A DNA stretch of 64,000 bases from Phoronis australis (lineage: Eukaryota > Animalia > Phoronida). The notes beneath the pieces were generated by a model that worked only from the letters and a program-made list of their open reading frames with translations, ran no database searches and was not told the DNA's origin. Of this stretch, positions 29,801 to 42,500 are shown one piece after another; the first letter of the stretch is position 1, and each line of letters starts with the position of its first letter. The stretch covers positions 76,402-140,401 of the forward strand of contig NMRA01000185.1 of assembly GCA_002633005.1 (NCBI GenBank), read 5' to 3'. Position numbers and translations under genes: made by a program.

Positions 29801-32800
29801 GAATGTACTCTAATGAACTAATGTTCACTTGATCTAATGAAAATTGTTTGCCTTAATGATTTTCATTAGAAACTGCAATGTCTGATGCATATCAGATGGG
29901 ATTTCTTTTGTGTTCCGATGTTTATGAAAATGCTTTATCCTTTCAGTCTTTGAAATACCGTGAAGATTCTTCAATTTTCAGTACTAATAGACAGTCCGTG
30001 CCCCTTTTCAATCAGCCAGACCGCCTGAGGTCAGGGGGCGTGGCTTTTTCAGTACTTTTTGAGAAAAGCGTTTCTGGATAATATCTCGAGAACGGATTGA
30101 TAGATTTCAATGAAATGATATATGTGATATCAATGCGCGGGCACTGTTAAATTTCCATGCGGATTTGAGTTCTGCAGCACCTCCTTGTGGCCATTTTGCT
30201 CTCAACATGTGTTGTTTTGAGTGGAAGTCCGTTTCCGGATGATATCTAGAGATCCATTTGGCGGTTTTCAATGAAACGTGATATGGGTATGTCAGGTGAA
30301 TTTGCCGACAGCAGATTCATCTGCTGCAGTGCTTCGTAATGGCCATTCTGTGTGAGAGCATATCCGGATGATATGTAGAGAACAAATTGAAGTAGTTCAA
30401 TGAAGGTCGGTACAGAGGTATGTGTTACCAATGCATAAGCAACATTAAACTTGCGGGCAAATTCGACCACTGCAACCTCATACTGGTTGTTTTGTTTCTT
30501 CTTATGAAGTGCTTTTCAAGTGTTGTTTGGGAGAAGAGAGTTTCTGGATGATATCAAAAAAACTTATTGATGGACTTCATGGAAACTTGACAGAGAGGTA
30601 TATGATCAGATTGCTTCGACACCATGTCATTTGCGGGCAGATTCAACCACTGTGGCACTTCCCAAAGGCCATTTTGTGTGAGAGCGTTTTCTGATGATAT
30701 ATAGGGAACTCAGTGACGGAATTCAACTAAAGTTGAGACAGAGGTATGTGATGGCAATGCGGTGAGTTCATTAAATTTTCTTGTCAGTTCAACCTCTTAA
30801 GCATTTAATGTAATGGCCAGTTAGCTTTTAACATAGGGCTTTTCAAGTGTTGTTTAAGGGAAAAGCGTTTCCAGATGATAACTAAAGGACCAATAGACTG
30901 ATTTCATTGAAATTTAACACAAAGTAATGTCATGGGATTGCGCCGGTACGATTTCATGGGCAGATTTGACAGTTGCAGCGCCTTGTAGTGGTCATTTTGT
31001 GTGAGAGCATTTGCAGATGATATGTAAAGAACTGAGTGAAGAACTTGAATGAAAGTTGGCGCAGAGGTTTGTGATGGCAATGCGTAAGCACCATTAAATT
31101 TCAGAGTTCCATGACCAAATTCCATGACATTGAGCGAATAGGTTTTTAATAAGAAGACAAGCTATGCCTTTCTATTTTGGACATATCAGGCGTATTAGGC
31201 ACCAGTTTGTGGGCAGTTCTATTACTTTCGAGGAAAACATGCCTTAACAGCCAGCAAACTAACCAGAGCAGTTTTTATCCACCATTCCCAGTGCTGATAT
31301 AACCTAGTTTGTGTACCAACCACATAGAAAATTGCCCAATTATGGGTGGAATGAGTCTATTTCCATGAAAGATAACCCTGATGATTTGATAAGGTTGATA
31401 ATACTGGTTCTTTTGTCAGTTGAATTATACTCTTGTTCTGACTTTGTGTTATAATTTTCTCTAAGTCTTTCAGTCTTGGAAATCATGATGGTGATTTAAA
31501 TATTAAGAACAATTAACCTAGATTTCCAAACTTGTATAACTTAAACTACTGTAACCTTTCAATAAGGTTCAGTTTGGCAAAACTATGAGGAATGTTTTAA
31601 AGAATAGCCAATAACTGATTCATTCTTAGTTGTTTAATATCTCAGTGGCTGCATGCATGTGGGACAGTTGTTCCTCTGTCCATGAGACGATAATGAGTAC
31701 ATCCCGATATGCAGCAAGGGTGTGGGGCATGTTGACTGACTCGTTAACAACAATAAACGACGACCAAACTTATCACAACAGATGTAGAACAATGACTGAC
31801 TCTATAGCTATCATAGTCAGACTATATGAAGAGAAATTGGTGCGAAATTCTTGCCACCCAAAACGTCACTTCCGGAGTAGAGGACAAACAATTAATTAGA
31901 TAACGAAAAGCTGTAATTCAGTGAAAAATATGTCTGTGATAAACAACGAACCTTATTTTTGATAAAAATGACATAAAAAAGGTTGCCTTCGCCTTTAATA
32001 TCTCAGTGATTGCATGCAATTACAAACATTGAACATATAAAAAGAAAATAGGAATGATCTTTATTTTCCATCTGAGCATCGTCTTTACAACAGAGGTTAT
32101 AAGCTCAAAATTTCCACATTCATCAATCAGCACCATTTGCACTCAATGTTAAATGGTAAAGTCAGCTTCAAGCATCAAAAACTATTGTGAATTTGTGAAA
32201 ATTGACCCGAGGTTGAGTTTGAACAAACTTGTGTGTTATTTTTCGGTAGCCTAAAGCAATTTTGTGAAACCTGTCTATGGACTCCTCAGAAAAGAAAATG
32301 TTTTTTTCTAAAATTGCCCTTTATTGGTGATCAGACTAATAGATTAAGTAGGCAAGTGTCTCACCCTGTTCATCCTGTTGCTTCAGGCAATGGCCGTCAA
32401 AATAGTGTTTAAGGCTAATGAGAAATTGTTCCACACGAGTTTGTCCAAGTAGGTTGGTATGATCACAAGTCATGACATTGATTTTCTTAACACTTGGTGA
32501 CAACAATAAAGTTGGTTGAGTTATGGTAGATCAGAGCTCTTCATGCTGAGAGGTCTTTGAACAAGAATATCAGTTAATTCCAATTGACCTATCACCTGGA
32601 TTGTGACTGACCAGTCTGAATGCAACATCCTTGACTCACCTTTCTCAGTCTGTGTTTCCAAGCCGCCATTTTATCCGACAACATGTTGGTGGCTTTCACA
32701 AGGAGGCAGAGTTCTGATAACTCAACCCCGTGAGCTATAGGGTCAGCCTATTGCCAGGATTTTAACTGACAGCTCAAATGACAAATCAGAGCGCAACATT

Positions 32801-33520
32801 CTTAATACACCTTCGTCTGTGTTTCCAAGCTGCCATTTTACCAAACAAACAACACATTGTCGATTACTTTTCTCAAGGAGACTGGTCTTACGATAGGTCA
32901 ATTAGAGCTGTGGTAGATGTTGGACTAATACATTTTAATGTAGGTTAAAGTTTTAATATATTTTCTGTAACCCTGCAGATGGTTCAAGACCGAACTGAAA
33001 CATAGGACTGTGTAGTATATAACAGAGTATATTAATTGTGTATACTTTGACGCCGTTGGCCCACAGTACAATAGATAATTACACAATATAATAAAGTTGC
33101 AACAAATGCATAAAAAATGAACTACATTGTTTTAATGTTCTTTGTTGCGACTTCCTTAGTAACATTTTCACAATTGACACATTCTACCTACAGTTTCAAA
33201 AGCTTTCAATCTCGTTTTAAAATTGCTCTTTGCTGAAGTATTTTTCAGAGGTCTTACAGAACCTTGACTTCCACTACAGTGTTTGGCAATTCTTGGCGAC
33301 CTGACTTGTAGTCGAATCTGTTTCACCACCAGGTGGCCTCACACTTTGCATTTCTGTAGTTTGTTATGCACCGTCGTGGACATAATGATTTAGCGGAGAC
33401 TGTTAATAGTGGTAACTCCAGTTTATCTTAGTATGAGGTAACTTTCTTGAAAACTCATTCAACATGATACCAAAAACTAGTTAACTAGTGGTTTAGTATT
33501 AATCAATGTCACGCACTCAT

Positions 33521-33552
<32 letters not shown>

Positions 33553-36500
33553 ACACACACACACACACACTCACACACATGTCTAAATGTTTTGTTTTAA
33601 CTCAAAACGTCATCTGATGAGTGGAAACGAAAGACCAGTGAAGTGAACAAAACAACTGAAGTCTCTGAGTGTTACTAGGCAAAAGTGACTGAATAAGGAA
33701 TTATATAGGTGAGGACAAAAGTGGAGACTGCTTAGACGGCAATGCTAACCTCACCATTAGTGCAGATGACAACTTTTGAGACTGCAATATTGGCCATCGA
33801 CACGGATGCTGTCAATATCACCGACAGTCCATCTAGCAACACCAGTGGAAGCAACGTGTCTCCAACTTTGATGAAAATAGAATTGTACCCACAACAATCA
33901 TGAAACTTCAGTGACGACGTTGCTGACATGAAACCACCACCATCAATGCAAATAATATCAGAAAGATCTGCATGGAACACTGGACATAAGCCAGCACAAG
34001 AAATCAATCAAGGATGGAGCAGTCCTTAGAAAATCTTGAATCAAGTTTGAGAACAGTAAGTTGTAACCCGAAACGGTTGGCATGTTGCAGATAGTGCTTG
34101 ATGAGATACCAAATTTCAGAAAGATTCGTCAAGTTACGCCAGAGATATGGCACAAAAATCAATTGGTGAACACGAAGTCATCAGGAAATCTCAATTTATT
34201 CGAGAACAGTAGCTCTGTCGAAAAATAGATGGCACTTCATAAAGCTCTTGACGAGAGGAGAGAGGGAGGGAAGGAGGGAGGGAGGGAGGGAGAGATATTT
34301 ATAATGGCAATTAGTAAAATACAATAGAAAACAGATGAATTCCTTATAGGACCTTCGAGCTAGAGTTCCATGATGCAGCAAATTTGAAAAATGGCCATCA
34401 CAGCTCCATGTTCATTGTGATTTTGTCCAAAATTTAGGAGATCTTGATATTTTAGCGAGATACATGTGTGTACAAAGTTAGCATACTAACAAAAAATTCA
34501 TGTCAGTTGGATGATAAAGGGTTACCTGTAGCTTTGCATACAGACAAAATGTAAAAGTACTCGGATGGAGCCACATTTGGTAAATTTGACTGAAGAAGAA
34601 AGTATGATGACGACACCACAGACAACGACCATGACATCATTGAAGTTAGAGGAAGACGACCCAGCATCAAATTGAACTTACTAGGCAAGAACAAAAAAAT
34701 TGTAGGGAATAAGGCCAGAGTTCAAACTACTTAGATACATTATTCCAAGAGCAGGAAGGTCTTAGTTTCAATAATTTATAAAACTTCTTTAATGACCATG
34801 GTATGGGTCTTTTGAGTGATAAAGGCATGTCAAGAAAGAGAGTTGTCATGGATTTTTGCGAATATACATTATAACTCATGACATCAGCTAATGCCAAAGA
34901 GCTTTTGGCTTAAAAAACAGAATTCACTACATGTTTAGTTACATCGGCAGAAAATTTGCGTTTTGCTCATGTGCTGCACACAGCTTCTATCATCAGTGAA
35001 GTCATATCATTTAAAGAGGCTGTAATCCCACATTCTGCCAAAATGCGAACATTTGAGTTAGACCACTTGTTTGTTGCTTTAAATTGATCTCAACTTGTTC
35101 CTTACTCTTCTAAGAAGGGATTTTTTGGGTTTGGAAAGAACTGACAGTTGAGACCATAAAGTGCTGTACCATAACAAACCACATTGTTCGCGGCCGTGTC
35201 TTGCATAAGTACGAACTTTCTGTTCTTTCAAAACCTTGAAATCACCGTAATAGTAAGAGGTCTGAATCAAAAACTGGCTGTTGTGGTGAAAGGTGAGTTT
35301 ATAATGAGCCACTTTGGGGTTGCCACTTACTTGAATTCTCCCTGCAAAATAGTATAATCATGTTTGTTTCATATAGTATTAACTTTAGTTACTTGACCAT
35401 TGCTTTGGTTTGTCAGCAGGACAAATTCTTGGCCAAGCTCTTTTGAATGCTTCTCCATTTCTGATGACGGCAATCTGTCTCCATCTTGTTTTTCAATTCT
35501 GATATGACCACTAGGACGATCCACTCTGCTAGCACTGCTCTCACAGTTCTTCTTCTGTTGGTTTTCGTCCTTTGCCCCAATGGATATGGCCTTTCTGCAC
35601 TGCTCGGAGGTATTTTCTGCAAATTTCCTCAAATATTTCTTCAAAATACTGCTGGATATCACAAACATTAGTGGGTTCCACATGCCAACAAAAAACAAGC
35701 TTGTTGTCGTATTGACCAGATAAGCCACGTGAAGCAGCTTGTTATATCCATAGGCAAACTCCAGCACAGATATAACCGCAATGGGCAAATATGACACCAG
35801 GTGGCAGAGAATAATGGCTGATGTTGACTTAAGCGTTGCTAAGTCTATTCTCTTTTTGTTGCGCTGTTTGTCTTGTTTTGACAACTTTGTTCCCAGACTT
35901 ACCCAAGAATGCAAGGCTCTGTATTGCTTTATAGCAATGAAACATATCCAGGTGTAAGATATAATAGTAATAGATAACGATGCCGCAACGGTTATCGTGT
36001 TTATAGGTACGCGCCCTTGAACGAGCTGTAGGTGAGATTTGTAACAGACTTGCACTGGATAGCGAGGAGCCAAGTCATTGTATATACCCCCTAGCAGCCC
36101 CATTGTGAGAGCCACCACCAGGCAAATATTCGAAGACTGTCGATACGAAAGTCGTCGTAAAGTGGCAGGAAATCTCAATTTCAACAAGCTGACTACTGCG
36201 ATTTCTGTCACTAAGACACCAATAGATTCACCCATCATGTAGATAAGGAAGTATAGAGCTCTGCAAAATGCTTCTGACATTGGTTTGAAATCATTGGCTG
36301 CTCTCACTATCTGCATACTTGTGTCCACGGTAGTGATGAACGTGTCGATTACACTCATGAATAACAGTATTCGATTTACAACTGTTCTTAATTCAGGGTA
36401 CTTCTGGATGGTGGCTGCAATGCCACAGTTTGATATTGTTCCAAAAACTAGGGTCAACACCAGTAAGAGCAATGATGTCACTTTTATGCCGAACATCGTC

Positions 36501-39500
36501 TGGTAATCCAGTTGGACAACAGACACAGTTGTGTTAGCTGAAGCAGACGACATTGTTAAATTGAACTTAAGCTCTTCTGTCATGATGGCAGCTGTAGTTG
36601 TAGACACAAACATGATAATTGTAAAACAATAATCTTTTTTTACAAATTGTTGACAGGTTCATTCATTCCCGTTCAGTGACTGTAGTTATCCAACTTCTGC
36701 AGTGTGGTCCATTTCTGTCTTGCCTCCAGATGTTGCTTTTGTTTCACATTATCTGCATAGAGTAGAGAAACACTCGTGATCACCACAGTCTGTTCAGTTC
36801 ATATGCAATTTATTGAATTGCCTGATCAATTGAGATTCAGTTGACGTGCCCTCTTGTCTGAAGGTCACCAATAAATAATCATCAGTTTGAATTGAAACAC
36901 TTATAAGTGCATGAAAATAGGGAAAGACTTCTAGAACATTCCAGTGGGTTGTCTGTTTACAAAATGTTGTTGCTCATGGATAATGTGAGATGTGAATTCA
37001 CTCTCTTGATAAAGTGAATATTTTCATTTCTTGTCTCTGATTTGTGAACTTCACGTTCATCCGACGCATGAGTGTAGAGCAATGTGATTTTGATACTTAC
37101 TCAGATATACAAACAAAGAGACTTAGTACAAGAATGGTTTTGGACAACTCTAGCCTCTGCCAGTTGTAGTGATCTGTATTTATGAAAATTTGCTACAATC
37201 TCACATCAGCAAGAATGCTCTCTATTTTTCTACAGGGTTTAAAAATTGATTTAATATGTAGATGAAATTGCTCGTCTCAGTTTCGGTGTCAATAAGGTGA
37301 TCAAATTTTATTTGGTGTAAAGTTTCAAGGTGAGATATCAAAAATGCTGTTACAGTTTTCAAAGATATCATTTTGGCTTTGTTTTGTGAACTTTAACGAT
37401 TTTTTCATGAAAATCACAAGGCCCTATTTTTGATAGCTCCTTTTTAAAAGAGGATCATCTAAAAATAATTCCTTAAAACTTTTTTGAGAAAACTGCATAA
37501 AGTATAGTATCTGAAAGTTGCATATGAATTCGATCAGCCATTTCTGAGACATGATGTTCCGCAGTCTGCCAAATTTGACCATTTTTATAGGATGCTACAT
37601 CAAATAAAATGATGTTTAGCTTTTTCCGGTTATATAGAGACTATGAACGTTCAAGCTTTGGCACTAAAAGAATTTTCTCAAACTGTTGTAACATTTTTTA
37701 CGTTGCTAGAAATGTTATCAAGGTGGGGGAACTCGGAAACACAGGCCGTGGTAACAATTAAATAAAATTGTCAATCCATTTTTGTTAAGGAATGTTACAA
37801 ATCAAACGCTGCTTTTCTTCAATGTTCTGCTTTACGTTGAAGAAACGTTTTGGTATCAATCATTCATGTTTGTTGTTAGATGCTCATTAATTGTTGTTCC
37901 ATCTTACTAATGGTGTTCTTGATAACAAACTAAGTGTTTGTTGAGCTTTATTCAAGCCATACAGTCGAACCTAATCAAAAGAAAATAAGTCTTCGTAGTT
38001 ATGTATAAACAATCCTCTGTCACAGATTTCTGTTGTTTTTAAAGGTTCAGGTAACAACGCAATGTAGTTTTGATTCATTAAGGACCATATGCAGTCACTT
38101 TCAGGGATTGGAATTCATATCTTGCCACTCACACAAAAAACGCTTGCCACACAGAAAAAAAAAATGCTTGCCGTAGTACCAGAACTCTATCCACCTACTA
38201 GACACTCTTACTACTGATAATTTTTTTGCAGTTGACCAAGAAACATACATAAAAATAAGGTTGCGCACTCCAATCATTTGCAGTAAAAATTGTGTGGTAA
38301 AGGCCCTGTCACACCTTGACGATTTAGCCAGCATATGCCGACGTATGAAAAATTTGGCAAATACGCTGGCGTACGTCGAATAAGTTATGGGTAAGTTTTG
38401 TATACGTTAACAGCATGCTGAAGCACATTGGTATACGTCGAAGTACGTCGAGGTCGTCAAAAAATTTTGTGCATGCTCAAAATTTCTCAACGTATGTCAG
38501 CGTATGGCTATACGTAACGTATACGCAGGCCATAAGTAATAGGTAAGTTATGCGATCGTTGACACACGTTCAAACACGTTAAGTGTAGGTTACTCATGAG
38601 TCCAAATACGTCGAGATAATGTCTAGCGTACCCAAAACTTATGAGTAACGTGCTTTGAACGTATGTATAACTTATATCGAACTTATCTCCTACGCATATT
38701 GACGTATGTAGACGTATTTAACATGTTCCGGACGACCACAGAACTTACTGAACGTGTTTCTAACGTACAGCTGCCGTATAATGGCGTATTGGTAGCGTTT
38801 AGGGGAATTGGGATATAAAAATGGGGTTCACAGGAGGAACCCGTCAGTACTCCTCTAGATTTCATGGTGAGCAGATGTTCATATCATCCGAGAGATGGAG
38901 GATCCGGCAAGGCTGAGACGAGAATACCTACTAGCTGTTCTCCTTAGCCTTTTTATAGACTACGACACGTGATCGTCGGCAATACGCTGCTGCACGCTAT
39001 GCATAAGTTAGACTATCGTTGGGCATAAGTTGTGTACGCCGGCAACACGCTAGGCATTCGTTGGAATAAGTTATCTATAAGTTATCGAAACGTTCTATAT
39101 AATTTACTGATACATTATGTATACGTCCAACTCGTTATGAATACGCTATGTATACGCCCAAAATTGAAAAAAAATTCGATAATTCAGCGTATGCCAGCAT
39201 TTTAGGGAAATTCTGATATGTCGGCATACGCTGGCTAAATCGTCAAGGTGTGACAGGGCCTTAACAGTGCCCGAGTGTTTGTAGTTCAGGTCTGGTGGTT
39301 AGGGTTTTTTTGTGTGTGGTAAGAGCTTTTGTAGTGTGCAGGGATATACCCAGGTTTCAAAACCCTGCTTGCCAGCGAGTGAGCCAGAAAATCTACTCGC
39401 CCAACCCGAAATTCAGTCGCCCGGCAGTTTGCGTCTGTCACCACAAACTTGCTGCCAGGGTCAATAAAAATCATTTTTTCGTGTCACCATCTATTAGGGC

Positions 39501-42500
39501 TTAATCGTATTATTAGCCCAGGATGCTTAGAAAAATTCATTTCGGAAGGGGGGCGCTAATGTTGTAGCCTGAGGCGGTTGAAACGCGGTCTCCGACAATG
39601 GGTGAAATCAAATTTACGAGCTGTGACGTATCTGTAACCAGTATGACAGACTTTCTACAAAACTGTGGTGCATTGCTATCAAACTTTGTTGTTAGATTAC
39701 GATCTTTTTTTTCAAAAATGTGCTGAAATCCCATAGCGAAAACTTGCTGACTGATGTGTTGCTGCCTAGCGATCGTCGATAGGGCAACTTGAATTCTTGA
39801 GTAAAAATACAGTTTCGACTCAACTAATTACCTGAAATCCTCCTTAAAGGAGAATGCCACCCGAAAATAACCTATGTTGTATCAGTTAAGGTGAGTAGTT
39901 CCACTCAAGAACAGCAAGTACGGTTCTTTTACCTGACACAAGACGGCAGGCGGAGGTATTGAAATTAACCAATGACGTCAGAGGTTCAAACACAGTCTGT
40001 TCAGCAGTTCACAACACGGTTATTGGTGTCAGCTTATCGGTTGAATTCATTGTTTTACACCAAAACATCAACAAAATTCGATGTTAAACCCTTACAAATA
40101 AATCGAGTTATTGAACAAATGTGTTGTTTTATTTCGCTGTTACGGATTTGTAGCTATTGGAACGTACCGAAGCCTACAAAGTTCGGTCGCTGGAGTACTG
40201 GGCCCTGTTCGGTGATAAATTCGAATTATTTGTACGTGAAATACAGATGGGAAACATAGCTGTGTTGCAATTTTAGACTTGTGATTTTTTTCAGTTCTAA
40301 ACACACAAAAACACTTGTTATCCCGGCCAGTGGCTCGGAACCCGATCAGGCTCGTTGCGGCCAGCCTGAAGACATCACGAACAGAAACCAGCCAAAGTTA
40401 TAATCTAAACTTCCAGTCATGAAAAGACTATACTAATGAGCCAAAGAAATAATGTGCACATGATTATTTTGGTGAATTAGTCGCAAAACTGCAAATCTAC
40501 TTTAAGCTTGTTGGGGATCGCGAAGTCAGGTTCCCCTTCCACAGCAAAACCGTCGGGGGCAAAAGTTGCACAGTAACAATGATTCGAATAATGTATATGA
40601 ATATCTAAATAAAGATTCCCCCAACATCTTACCACAGGATATACAATCGAGATATTGTTTCACAACAGCTTTATGTCAGCAAACACTGAATTAGCATGCG
40701 CTCACTGGGCCAACATGTGGAGAATTTCTCCCTTACCATGGTGGCCCCTGTGATTCCCTAAGCCCCAGACAACTTTTACAATGCCTATTCAGCATGTCCT
40801 TTGTGTTGAAGTAGATCTGAGCTAATGAAGTGGAAACTAAAGGTAATTGCTAGCATTACTGTCTAAACAATGGTTATTGTTAGTACCCCCAATTTGGTTT
40901 TCTCTGACATTTACAGAGTTATAGCCTGCAACTCTGGAGAGTAGTTTTAACTTAGTACATTACAAATATTACAAAATGACTAAAATGGTTAACTTGTGTT
41001 TATTTTCTCTAAGGGCTACTTCCCAAAGAAACGTTAAGTTTCATACTTATTTAATTTTTAATGCTTCTGCCCACTTGTTTTTTTTCTTACTGGGAACGGG
41101 TTGATAAGTTTTTATCGAAGTTTTAAACTTGATGTACCAAAACAGTGGTAGACTTTGATCGCCAGCTAAATTTAATTAGTTAAGTTCATTGTGAGCCCAT
41201 CCCTAAACTTACCACATTACAGGTACACTAAACGTTTCACGTGTCATTAAAGTTTAATCTTTATTATAACTCATATCTTAAAATATACCCAAAAGTGCAC
41301 GTATGGTGATAACCAAAACTAAAGATTTGGAATCTCTGGACAATTTCGGTGGCACTGACTATATAACTATTCTAGCTCTTTATCAGTAAAACAAATGAAA
41401 AGTGGGCACAACTGTTTCCTGGTCAAAAATCTGGTTAAACGAGATTGAAAGAATATTAAAAAATGAATCCATTTGATATTTTTAGCTCTGATCAGTGTTT
41501 GTATATCCACCAAGTATTTTAATAAGCGCGATAGTTTATCTCGTACCCAATGGTTGTAGCTATTTATTAGTTCATTGATTTTTAAAAATCGAAAACCGTA
41601 CTTGGTTGGTTTTTTTTAGCTCTATACCGCCATGGTGTTCATTTATTACGAAAATTTACAGTGGTTAATGCATTTTGAAAATTCGCCAAATATACAGTCG
41701 GAGATGTTTAATATAGCTTATGGTCAAATAATTACATTTAATTGGGTCTTGCTTGCATCGGGCAATGCGGTCATCACAATTATACCTGATTCCGGCGCCG
41801 CACTCTCTTTGATCCTGGTACAAGCCAATCAGATGGACAAGCGGTGAAAATTACCGCATATCTTTAAAAATACGTGACTTCCTTTAAGTGTATTATTCAT
41901 GGTATGAAGGTGCCGGGTCAATTAGTTTATTGCATCTTCGTTTCAGTTTTATATAAGCATTGCTTAGGGTGAGAATAATTCATTTTGAAACATAGCGCAC
42001 AATGATAACCGTCAACTGTGGCAACTCACAATCCTAACTTAGACGAGTGCTCATCTGACGAAGGCTTCACAGGTCGATCATTAGTTTTCACAAGCTATCA
42101 GTTCAAATCAGAATTCACTGATCAAGAAATACAAGAGAGGCACTGTGAACGTGCACAGACCACGGAACATAGTTTAGAAAACCGTTAGATTGATTTGTCA
42201 TGGTGTCAGTGTGCTAACCGCATGATAATGGAAACAACTGACTCTTGCGTTTGCTGCCACAAAATTCCGCAAGTGAAATGCCTTCTTGGAGAAGCGTAGA
42301 TGTGTCTCAAGGACCATCCTGATTTCGCACCACGTCTAATGAGAAGTCTGCTTATGACTTTGAGACTGATAAAAAGAACTCGTGAAAACATCATACACCC
42401 AGAGGTCCAAACAGAAGCCTGACATATGAGTAATTTATCAAATAGGTTATATAAAATGTTATGTTCTCATGCCTTGAATTAATTGTTATTGTTTATGTTT

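Noticed and set aside
33600-34700. Purine-rich coding-like stretch downstream of the GPCR
   Set aside because: Multiple stops in the frames I read and no identifiable domain.
35331-35341. Possible 11-nt minus-strand microexon just 3' of the GPCR stop
   Set aside because: Splice-like signals only; no partner exons identified.
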